Positions 9,752-17,694 of a DNA stretch of 64,000 bases are shown piece after piece. The translations under genes were made by a program, and so were the position numbers. The DNA is from Terriglobia bacterium. GTDB lineage: Bacteria > Acidobacteriota > Terriglobia > 20CM-2-55-15. Every line of letters begins with the position of its first letter. Position 1 is the first letter of the stretch. The DNA lies in contig CBDAPB010000032.1 in the NCBI GenBank assembly GCA_965198265.1, forward strand, positions 194,557 through 258,556, in the 5' to 3' direction. Under the pieces are notes generated by a model. It did no database searches. It was given only the letters and a program-made list of their open reading frames with translations, and had not been told where the DNA came from.

Positions 9752-11055
9752 GCTGTTGCTTCCTCGAGTCGATATTCTTTCAACTTGTTGCGTAGGGTCC
9801 GTAGCGATATGCCGAGCAGCTTTGCGGCGTGGGTGCGGTTACCGTCGGTCTGGTCCAACGTAGCCAGAATCAGCTTTCGTTCCATCTCACTGACCGAGTA
9901 GCCGGCTTGCAGTTGCAGGCCGTCTCCGGTGTCGACCGCCTGGTCGAACAGATCCGCCGGCATGACCTGCAGGCGACCGCGCAGCGCATAGGATCGATGG
10001 ATCACGTTCTCGAGTTCCCGGACGTTGCCCGGCCAACCAAAACTGGTGAGGACCTTCAGCGATTCGTCGTTGACGCTTGGGTCGGTTGCGCCGCCGTACT
10101 TGTTGGCAAAGTGCGCAGTAAGGATGGCGATGTCGTCTCTTCGCTCCCGCAGAGGCGGGATTCGCAGCGGCACGACGTTCAGCCTGAAGAACAGGTCTTC
10201 CCGGAACTGGCCGCGGCTGATCAACTTCTTCAAGTCCTTGTGCGTGGTTGCAATGACTCTGACGCTGATCGGAACCGGTTTCTTGCCACCCACGCGATCG
10301 ACTTCCTGCTCCTGGAGAACCCGCAAAAGCTTCGCCTGGAGCAGGGGCGCCATCTCGCCAATCTCGTCGAGCAGAATCGTACCCTGTTGCGCAAGTTCAA
10401 ATTTCCCTAGTTTCAGAGCGTTGGCGCCCGTAAAAGCACCTTTCTCGTATCCGAACAGTTCCGATTCCAGCAGGTTGTCGGGAAGAGCGGCACAGTTAAC
10501 CGCGACAAACGGCCCCTTGGATCTGTTGCTGCTCTCGTGAATCCAGCGCGCCAGCAGTTCCTTACCAGTTCCGCTCTCGGCCTGAACCAGGACCGTCGCA
10601 TCCGTCCGGGCGGCCTGGGCGGCATCGGCAAGCAGTTTTTTCATCTGGCGGTTCTCGCTGATGATCTCGGTCCTCTTCGTGGGCGCCGGCCGGGAGTCTT
10701 TCTTTGGAAGCCGCGCCAGCACTCGATCGAGCGCCTCCTGTGAGAACGGTTTCACAAGAAAATCCATCGCGCCGTTCCGCATGGCATCCACCGCGGTCGG
10801 GACGCTTCCGTATGCTGAGAGCAGGATTACGGGGAGGTCGGGACTCGTTCGGCGGACGTGGTCGAGCAGCTCCAGGCCGTCCATCGCCGGCATCCGTAGA
10901 TCGGTGATGATAGCCCTGGGTAACCGGACTTTGAGCTTCTGGACAGCATCGATGCCGTTCGAAGCCGTTTCCACCTCGTACCCGCGGCTGAGGAGAGCAG
11001 CTTCCAACGCCGACAGCATTTGAATGTCATCATCGACAACCATCAACCAACTCAC
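9748..11055 (-). CDS. Sigma54-dependent response regulator (REC + AAA+ sigma54 activator + Fis HTH), FlgR/FlrC-like
   Basis: Has a receiver-domain DD...D start, the GAFTGA loop (EKGAFTGA), ESGTGKE Walker A and a C-terminal HTH. Its stop overlaps the flgB start. A GTG start at 11055 is preceded by AGGAGG. Confidence 0.9.
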   Translation of the reverse strand: MSWLMVVDDDIQMLSALEAALLSRGYEVETASNGIDAVQKLKVRLPRAIITDLRMPAMDGLELLDHVRRTSPDLPVILLSAYGSVPTAVDAMRNGAMDFLVKPFSQEALDRVLARLPKKDSRPAPTKRTEIISENRQMKKLLADAAQAARTDATVLVQAESGTGKELLARWIHESSNRSKGPFVAVNCAALPDNLLESELFGYEKGAFTGANALKLGKFELAQQGTILLDEIGEMAPLLQAKLLRVLQEQEVDRVGGKKPVPISVRVIATTHKDLKKLISRGQFREDLFFRLNVVPLRIPPLRERRDDIAILTAHFANKYGGATDPSVNDESLKVLTSFGWPGNVRELENVIHRSYALRGRLQVMPADLFDQAVDTGDGLQLQAGYSVSEMERKLILATLDQTDGNRTHAAKLLGISLRTLRNKLKEYRLEEATA

Positions 11056-11211
11056 TACAACCTCCTGCTCTTCAAACCGCTGCGCCTCTTGCCGCCGTCG
11101 CGGTTGGCGTCACCCGATGGTGGGGACGATAGTGTTTTCGTTTGACACGAGACGTCCCGGTGCGCGGGGTCCTGAAACAGATCTCGAATCGCGTCCCCCG
11201 ATCGGAGGATT

Positions 11212-11949
11212 TCACCGAAATGCTTCCCAGATGCGCTTCACGATCGGCAGACCCAGCCCGCGACCACTCTTACTGGCTGAGAACATCGGATCGAAAATCT
11301 TTGCCACGATCTCGGGCGGAATCCCCGGACCGTCGTCTTCGACGACGAGCTGGAAGTGGCCTGAAAGGTGCTCCGCCTCGAGTCGAATGGATCCCCCACT
11401 GGGAGTCTCTCGCAGTGCATTCAACACCAGGTTCAACAGCATCCGGTGGAGCAACTCATAGTCTCCGACGCCCCGGCATCCTGCCTCAACGCTTGACGAG
11501 ATTCGAATTCCCTTCTGGTCTGCCAGGGGGCCCAGAAACTCCCGGACGCCCTCGACGAGATCGTCGACCACGATCTCCTCGGGCCTCGGATGGATCGGCT
11601 GTCCGAACTGGAGGATGTTGGTTACGGAATGGTTCAGGAGCTGAACGCCCCGGACGATCTGGTCGGCGTGGGGACCCTTGATCATGGACGCGTAGAGTTC
11701 GATGCTGCCCAGCGGATTCCGAATCTCGTGCGCGAGCTCCATCGCCAGCTCTCCCATCGCGGCCAGGCGTTCCAACCGGATCCGCTGCTCGCGTTCCTCG
11801 TCGAGCTCGGCGGACAGCGTGCGCACCCGATCCTGGAGCTGACTGTAGGACCGCTCCAGGGAGTGCGAAGTCTCTTGAAACTTAGCGATGAGATCTTCGA
11901 GGCCCTTCAGGTGTGCGGAGGAAGAAGCCTTGCTCGGTCGATCCGTCAT
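11212..11949 (-). CDS. Cytoplasmic sensor histidine kinase (HisKA + HATPase_c), FlgS/FlrB-like
   Basis: H-box ELAHEIRNPL; N, G1 and G2 boxes present; no transmembrane helix. Confidence 0.85.
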   Translation of the reverse strand: MTDRPSKASSSAHLKGLEDLIAKFQETSHSLERSYSQLQDRVRTLSAELDEEREQRIRLERLAAMGELAMELAHEIRNPLGSIELYASMIKGPHADQIVRGVQLLNHSVTNILQFGQPIHPRPEEIVVDDLVEGVREFLGPLADQKGIRISSSVEAGCRGVGDYELLHRMLLNLVLNALRETPSGGSIRLEAEHLSGHFQLVVEDDGPGIPPEIVAKIFDPMFSASKSGRGLGLPIVKRIWEAFR

Positions 11950-11960
11950 GCCGGCGAATA

Positions 11961-11978
11961 TTGCAGCTTGCGTGCCAA
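11961..11978 (-). promoter_or_regulatory. Sigma54-type -24/-12 element TGGCAC-N5-CTGCA immediately upstream of the histidine kinase gene
   Basis: The reverse complement of 11961-11978 reads TTGGCACGCAAGCTGCAA with GG-N10-GC spacing. It lies only about 14 nt from the annotated ATG. Confidence 0.5.
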
Positions 11979-12182
11979 GCGGGTGGGCCGCAAGGAACCG
12001 GCGGACATAGATCCGTCACCTTCAAGTAGGCAGATCAGGCGCTTGAGGCAACTTTTTCCTAGCCCTGAAGACTCCCGAAAGGAGTGGCGGAACCACCGGG
12101 AAGCGCTGAAAAAGTCAGCCAGTTGACATAACCCGCCTGCTGGGTGACAGGATGTTGACAGGCCAAAAAGGTGGCTAATGTG

Positions 12183-12740
12183 TCAAATCTTCAACTGTGT
12201 CAACGTTTTGTCGCTCTTGTCAAGAATGGCAATGAGCCTGCTTAAGGAAGTTTCGATCGCATCCAGACGGGATTCGACGGAGCGAGCCTGTTCGGAGAGC
12301 ATGGAAAGCTTTCGGTTGAGCCGCTGGTTTTCAGCCGCGAGAAGCTGGTGTTCGATGATCCGATTGACGACGATCTCGATCTCGACCAACTCGAACGGTT
12401 TGGCCAGATAATCGAAGGCGCCGCAACGAATGGACTCGATTGCGGTTTTCAAGGACGAATAACCAGTCATGACGACAACGTGCACCAGGGGGTTGACTTG
12501 CTTTGCCGCTTTCAACACGGCGAGGCCGTCGACCCCCGGCATCACCAGATCCGTCAGGACAATATCGAACTGCGTACTGCGGGAGGCCAGCAGTTCGACG
12601 GCATCGGCCCCACAACGCGCCGACACGACATTGAACCCCCTGCTCTCAAAGTAGTCGGCGAGGGTTACGCGGAGGTCGGCATCGTCGTCAACGATCAGCA
12701 TCCGGGTCTTTTCCGGTCGGAATTCACTCAATGGGCTCAT
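12183..12740 (-). CDS. Response regulator, receiver domain with C-terminal coiled coil (no DNA-binding domain)
   Basis: Receiver signature LIVDDD...D...K, then about 60 aa of heptad-like coiled coil. Confidence 0.8.
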   Translation of the reverse strand: MSPLSEFRPEKTRMLIVDDDADLRVTLADYFESRGFNVVSARCGADAVELLASRSTQFDIVLTDLVMPGVDGLAVLKAAKQVNPLVHVVVMTGYSSLKTAIESIRCGAFDYLAKPFELVEIEIVVNRIIEHQLLAAENQRLNRKLSMLSEQARSVESRLDAIETSLSRLIAILDKSDKTLTQLKI

Positions 12741-12766
12741 ACGTCTCTTTTCTTCGGCATATTCTG

Positions 12767-12796
12767 TTGCAAACTTTATGACACTGTTCCTATAAT
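12767..12796 (+). promoter_or_regulatory. Sigma70-like promoter (TTGCAA-N18-TATAAT) for the second sigma54 activator gene
   Basis: Consensus hexamers 36 nt upstream of the ATG in a divergent intergenic region. Confidence 0.5.
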
Positions 12797-12831
12797 CGAT
12801 TCAAATTTTTGACGCAGGAGGCGCTATAAAT

Positions 12832-14256
12832 ATGGAAGTATCGAATACTCAGATACTTGTGGTTGATGACGAAGAGGAGCTTCGTCAAGCCATAGTCGAA
12901 ATTTTGACACTGGATGGGTTTGAGGTCGATTCTGCGGGCTCAGCCGAGGAGGCAACCGAAAAACTGGCGCAAGTCCCCTACGACGTACTGATCACCGATC
13001 TCATGCTGCCCGCCAGGAACGGCGTCAAACTCCTCGACGAGACTCTCGCCAAGTATCCCGAGACGATCGGCCTGGTGATCACCGGCCACGCATCCATCGA
13101 AACTGCCGTCCAGGCCATCAAGAAGGGCGCGCACGACTACCTGACCAAACCGTTCAAGCTGATCGAGCTCCCCTTGCGGGTCCGTAAAGGACTGCGTCAA
13201 AGGCAGTTACGTTTCGAAAACCAGTACCTGCGGCGACAGCTGAAGGAAAAGTACGCGTTCGACAATATCGTCGGCACGGGCCGGCCGATGAAAGAGATCT
13301 TCGAGCTGATCGAGGCGGTCGCGGGGTTGAACACCACCGTGCTAATCCAGGGCGAAACCGGCACGGGCAAGGAATTGATCGCCAGGGCCATCCATTTCAA
13401 CAGCCCTCGCCGCGACCAGAAGCTCGTCAGTATCAATTGCGGCGCAATCCCGGAAACTCTTTTAGAATCAGAGCTTTTTGGTCATGTCAAGGGCGCCTTC
13501 ACCGGTGCGATCCAGACGCGCATCGGGCGATTCGAGCAGGCCAACGGAGGCACCCTCTTCCTGGACGAAATCGGGAACATGCCACAGACACTGCAAATCA
13601 AGTTGCTGCGGGTCCTCCAGGAGCGGGAATTCGAGAGGGTCGGTGGCAACTCGACTATCAAGATCGACGTCCGGATCGTCGCGGCCACAAGTGCGGATCT
13701 AGAGGAAATGGTCCGTCAGCGTACATTCCGAGAGGACTTATTCTACCGACTGAACGTGATCCCGGTCGACCTGCCGCCCCTCAGGGAGCGCCGGGAGGAC
13801 ATTCCGCTGATGATTCAGCGCTTCGTCAAGCACTTCACGGAAACCCACGGTTTGGAATCCAAGACTGTCGCCCCGGAAGTCGTCAAGGCCCTGATGTCGT
13901 TCGACTGGCCCGGAAACGTTCGTCAGCTGGAAAACATCGTGGAGAGGATGGTGGCGCTGACCGGGCCCCGCCCGACGATCGTCGCCCTCGATCTGCCCCC
14001 TGAGATACAGAGCCGGTCGGGCGCCAATCTGCCCCCGATGATCGAAATCCCTGACGAAGGGATCAATTTCCAGAGCGTCGTGTCGGGCATGGAGCGCGAG
14101 TTGATCCTCCAGAGTCTGCGAAAAACCGGCGGAAACAAGAAGCTTGCCGCGAAGTTACTGAATCTGAAGCGGACAACGCTGATCGAAAAGATCAAGCGAA
14201 TCGGTCTGGATCAAGGCCCGGCCGAACTTAAGAAGATGCCGGCAGTCGCCGGATAA
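12832..14256 (+). CDS. Sigma54-dependent response regulator (second NtrC-family activator)
   Basis: Receiver domain, ETGTGKE Walker A, GAFTGA, C-terminal Fis-type HTH. AGGAGG ribosome-binding site. Confidence 0.9.
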   Translation: MEVSNTQILVVDDEEELRQAIVEILTLDGFEVDSAGSAEEATEKLAQVPYDVLITDLMLPARNGVKLLDETLAKYPETIGLVITGHASIETAVQAIKKGAHDYLTKPFKLIELPLRVRKGLRQRQLRFENQYLRRQLKEKYAFDNIVGTGRPMKEIFELIEAVAGLNTTVLIQGETGTGKELIARAIHFNSPRRDQKLVSINCGAIPETLLESELFGHVKGAFTGAIQTRIGRFEQANGGTLFLDEIGNMPQTLQIKLLRVLQEREFERVGGNSTIKIDVRIVAATSADLEEMVRQRTFREDLFYRLNVIPVDLPPLRERREDIPLMIQRFVKHFTETHGLESKTVAPEVVKALMSFDWPGNVRQLENIVERMVALTGPRPTIVALDLPPEIQSRSGANLPPMIEIPDEGINFQSVVSGMERELILQSLRKTGGNKKLAAKLLNLKRTTLIEKIKRIGLDQGPAELKKMPAVAG

Positions 14257-14262
14257 AGACTA

Positions 14263-14400
14263 TCCGCGTAAGAAAGCCACGGATTACACAGGTTACACGG
14301 ATAGGACAGAATTAACTGGTCATGCTGTCCGAAAGACCTCTCCTAATCTGCTAAATCCGTGCAATCCGTGGCTGAATTCGTCCGTGCAGTCCGTGACTAA
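14263..14400. repeat. Cluster of short dispersed repeats (CACGGATT / AAATCCGTG / GAATTCGTCCGTGCA units) related to 28690-28750
   Basis: GAATTCGTCCGTGCA and GCTAAATCCGT recur in inverted orientation at 28697-28745. Confidence 0.7.
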
Positions 14401-14433
14401 TCTTCTCATCCCACGCATAACACCTTCGACGCG

Positions 14434-14628
14434 ATGACGAGCAACCGCCCATACCGGCGAGGCCTCTCGACAGAGCGCGCCGTCGAGGAGTTGCGAGAGT
14501 CTTCAGGGAAGCAGTTCGACCCGGAACTAGTCGACGTGGTGATCGACGCGGCACCGGCACTGGAAGAGGCGCGTCGGCGCTCTATCGAGACAACGAACAC
14601 GCTGATGGACTTCCCGAAAGTGGTCTAA
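14434..14628 (+). pseudogene. Remnant of an HD-GYP phosphodiesterase (last 60 codons or so only)
   Basis: [33 protein letters not shown] matches the extreme C-terminus of HD-GYP domains. The conserved frame continues a few codons upstream (TFDA) and is then lost in repeat DNA. Confidence 0.5.
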
Positions 14629-14641
14629 GAGAACGGGAAAA

Positions 14642-15638
14642 CTATTGCGGCGACGCGAGCATTGTGCCGACGTAGTATCCACCCCTGTGGCGGATCGTCG
14701 CTCCCGGATGCTCCAGTTCCACCTCGATCTCCCGCCAACTCGTGTCGACGGGACCGCTCGACGGATAGTAACTGAGCGTGTACTGCTGGTGTAACTCCTC
14801 CAGCAGCACCTCCGCGAGGCTCCGCAGTGCGTAACGACGTCCGGTGAACAGGCGAAACGCCCGGCCCCCTGTGACACCCGTCAACCGCGCCAACATGTAG
14901 TGGTAGATGTGGTACCGGGTCCGTCGACGCACTTCCGGGTCGTCGTCATCGTCATCGATTCCGATCGCGTACACGAGCACCTCGGCACGTTTGAGCATCT
15001 CGTCGATGTCATCGGCTTTGAGCTTGCTCTTGGTGTCGAAACCATCGGTGATCATCAACAGAATCTTCTTGTCGTGCTTCGCGGCGTCCATCATTTCCAG
15101 GCCCAGACCGATCGCATCGAAAGCGGCGGTCTCACCGCGGGAGCGGATGCCCCGCAACGTTTGCTGAATGTGCGGTCCATTGCGAGTGAAGTTCTGAAGC
15201 ACCTTGACGTTGTTGTCAAAGGCGATGATGAACACTTCGTCTTCGTCAGACAGCGCTTGCGCCAGCTCCCGCGCGGTCTGCAACGATTGCTGCAGTTTGT
15301 GACGCATGCTGCCGCTCGTGTCGACCAGAATCCCCATACTGATGGGCACTCTGAGATCGTGCGAGAAGAATGAGATTTCCTGTTCCACCCCGTCTTCAAA
15401 AATCGTGAAATCGGTCTCGGTCAAACCCTCGACGTACTTGCCTTCCTGATCCAGCACAGTCGCGGTCACGTTGACCAGCTCGACCTCAACCGAGAGACGA
15501 AACTGATCCGGCACCCGCTGCGGATTCCCATCCGACGTGCTTTGCTGTGAAACGGGCAGGCTCTGGCCCGTGGCGAAAACACCTGCCCCCAGGAGGCACA
15601 CCAAAGCGCCGACCAAGATCGCGCGATATTGGTTTGTC
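14642..15638 (-). CDS. Secreted or membrane-anchored VWA (von Willebrand factor A) domain protein
   Basis: MIDAS motif DTSGSM. Signal peptide or transmembrane helix after the internal Met (MATMTNQYRAIL...). The ORF track's TTG start at 15700 lies inside a repeat element. Confidence 0.8.
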
Positions 15639-15688
15639 ATGGTTGCCATATTTTTATGCCAGTGCCCGAAAGCGTCAAGGGGAAAATA

Positions 15689-15780
15689 GTAATCAGTCAA
15701 AAGTAGTCAGTGGTCAGTTGAAGAAGGAGCGGAAAGAGGCGGGTCGCGGCTGGCAACTGACTACTGGCTACTGACTATTC
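15689..15780. repeat. Heptamer-repeat palindromic element (GTAATCA/GTAGTCA/GTGGTCA arm; AACTGACTACTGGCTACTGACTA arm)
   Basis: Lies between the VWA gene start and the ferredoxin stop. Confidence 0.85.
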
Positions 15781-15781
15781 T

Positions 15782-16197
15782 TCAGTGACTTTCCCGTGCC
15801 GCGTTACGGTTCCAATCCGGGATGTAAACAACGATATCCACGGACCCGTCGGCGACGGCCTGGCAGCTGAGGCGGCTGTCGGGGGTGAGGCCCGGCGCGT
15901 TGTAGAGCTGGTCTTCTTCGGCGTCGCTCATCTCGGAGAGCGTGTCTCCGCCTTCCTGAACGACGCAATGGCAGGTTGAGCAGGCGCAGACGCCGCCGCA
16001 GGCGTGATCGATCTCGATGCCGTTGGCCAGGGCAACATCCAGGATGCTGCCCGGCAGGCCGGTGTCGCCGAGGGGGAGTTTGTCGGGGTCGACCTCGACC
16101 GTCACGTTCATCGGAAGGAATGTGACGGTGAACTTCTCGGTTGCCAAGTGCACCGAGGCAAGCTCATCAAAGTATGGATTTCGTCCGCCCATTCGAA
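15782..16197 (-). CDS. [2Fe-2S] ferredoxin, adrenodoxin/Fdx type
   Basis: CGGVCACSTCHC...C cysteine pattern with Fdx-like alignment. Start uncertain (16116-16197). Confidence 0.8.
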
Positions 16198-16381
16198 CCT
16201 CGCTCCCTACGACCTCAGTGATGAAATGGTAACACGGGCCCGGGAGTCTTACGGGCCTGCCGAGACGGGTTGAGGCCTGGGGGTAAACCGCACCGGCGGG
16301 GGGGGCGAAGGGGTGTGAATTCCGGCAAAGAGATTGAAAAAGCAATGATTAAGTCAAGGTGTCAGTTTTTTGACTTTCGGG

Positions 16382-16410
16382 CTAAACATCCCAATCTGAG
16401 GGGCCGATAC
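16382..16410 (+). promoter_or_regulatory. Sigma28 (FliA)-like promoter for fliC: CTAAA-N16-GCCGATAC. A second degenerate copy lies at 16422-16453.
   Basis: Matches TAAA-N15-GCCGATAA. Lies about 95 nt upstream of the fliC ATG. Confidence 0.6.
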
Positions 16411-16504
16411 AGAGGGTACAACTAAACACGGATGTTTGGACGGGCTCGGATACCCGTGCTCAAGATCAAGGAGGATCAATTTAACTCTTTCAGGGAGGAT
16501 CCTT

Positions 16505-17332
16505 ATGAGCTTTTCTGTAGTCACCAACCTTTCGTCTATCAACGCACAGGCCACCCTCGACCAGACCCAAGGCGGTCTCCAGAGGACCCTGGCACGGTTG
16601 ACGTCCGGACTGCGCATCAATAGCGCGGCCGATGACGCCGCCGGTCAGGCGGTCGCGAACCGGCACAGACTGGACAACACCGGTCTGACGATCGGTATCC
16701 GCAGTGCGAATGACGCCATCAGCAAGCTGCAGATCGAAGACGGCGCGCTGAATAACATTTCTTCTTTGCTCGACCGTGCCTTGACTCTGGCCAGCCAGTC
16801 GGCCTCGGACACCTTTACCGGTTCCCGGGCGACTCTGGACGCGGAGTTCCAGTCGGTGCTTTCGGAAATCACCCGAAACGCGACGGCTGGCGGACTGGAA
16901 ACGGGCAACGCGAACCTGAACGCCCGTTCGGTCTTCGTCGGTAACACGCAGACGGCGACGTCCGCGACGGTTACATACGTCTCGTTCGCCCTGACCACGG
17001 CAGTCGACACGCAGGGTCTCGGTATCAGCACCCAGAACATCACGAGCCAGGCGAACGCCAACACCGCTATCACCGCCATTCAGACTGCCATCGGTACCCT
17101 CGGGACCGTTCAGGGTCGGGTCGGTGCGGCGATGAACCGGTTGAGTTTTGCCGTCTCGCAGGCTCAGACGATGTCGGTCAGTGTGAAGGCTTCGGAATCC
17201 CGAATCCGCGACGCCAACATCGCGGAAGAAGCGGCACAGTTGACGAAGTTCAACATCCTGACCCAGAGCGGCCTCTCAGCGCTGGCCCAGGCGAACCAGT
17301 CATCGCAGTCGGTTCTGCAGTTACTCCGGTAA
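16505..17332 (+). CDS. fliC: Flagellin (short, about 276 aa)
   Basis: Conserved flagellin N-terminus (LRINSAADDAAGQAVANR) and C-terminus (ANQSSQSVLQLLR). GGGAGGA ribosome-binding site. Confidence 0.9.
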   Translation: MSFSVVTNLSSINAQATLDQTQGGLQRTLARLTSGLRINSAADDAAGQAVANRHRLDNTGLTIGIRSANDAISKLQIEDGALNNISSLLDRALTLASQSASDTFTGSRATLDAEFQSVLSEITRNATAGGLETGNANLNARSVFVGNTQTATSATVTYVSFALTTAVDTQGLGISTQNITSQANANTAITAIQTAIGTLGTVQGRVGAAMNRLSFAVSQAQTMSVSVKASESRIRDANIAEEAAQLTKFNILTQSGLSALAQANQSSQSVLQLLR

Positions 17333-17369
17333 TAGACGGATCGCGTCTTTGATGACGCGCAGAAGAATA

Positions 17370-17404
17370 GGCGGTAGGCCTCACGGCTCTACCGCCCTTT
17401 TTTT
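17370..17404 (+). terminator. Rho-independent terminator of fliC
   Basis: GGCGGTAG...CTACCGCC stem followed by CTTTTTTT. Confidence 0.85.
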
Positions 17405-17421
17405 AGCCCCGAAAAACGCGA

Positions 17422-17694
17422 AGCAGCCAGTGGCAGAAGTCTGATGGTTCGCGCGCACGGGTCTTGCGAGGCGGAGACGAGGCGGGAGGAGGAACTGATG
17501 CGGTTTCATCATGACGACGAGCAACAAAGTATCCGGCCGCAATCCCCGTGCGCCCGAAGGGTTACGGCGGCGTCACACCATCTGCGTTGTTCCCGCGCCT
17601 CAACGATGTACCAGCATCGCCGTCGGCGCGGCGCCTAGCATCTGGCGCAACGCCGCCGTAACGCGAGCCATCAGACTTCTGCCACGGGCTGCTA
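17422..17694 (+). repeat. Stem-bounded conserved element, copy 1: a 32-bp inverted repeat (2 mismatches) enclosing a core of about 210 nt with a Shine-Dalgarno-preceded mini-ORF (MRFHHDDEQQ...)
   Basis: 17422-17453 is reverse-complementary to 17663-17694. The core is about 80% identical to the reverse complement of 59310-59534. GGAGGAGG lies 5 nt before the ATG at 17498. Confidence 0.8.

Noticed and set aside
12741-12831. A sigma54 promoter for the receiver/coiled-coil response-regulator gene
   Set aside because: No GG-N10-GC match on the minus strand. Only a sigma70-like TTGCAA-N18-TATAAT on the plus strand.
14434-14628. A functional small HD-GYP-related gene
   Set aside because: It contains only the terminal 40 residues or so of the domain, without the HD or GYP motifs. 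The in-frame upstream continuation is lost within 5 codons.
17444-17638. The 64-aa ORF and its 59246-59527 counterpart as ordinary protein genes
   Set aside because: Only the 31 residues after the internal MRFHHDDE Met are conserved between copies. The upstream parts and tails differ. Kept instead as a conserved element with a possible mini-ORF.
17422-17694. A retron msr/msd (a1/a2 inverted repeats) interpretation of the stem-bounded elements
   Set aside because: No reverse transcriptase gene adjacent to either copy. The inverted repeats of 30-32 bp enclose the whole element rather than flanking an msr-msd pair.
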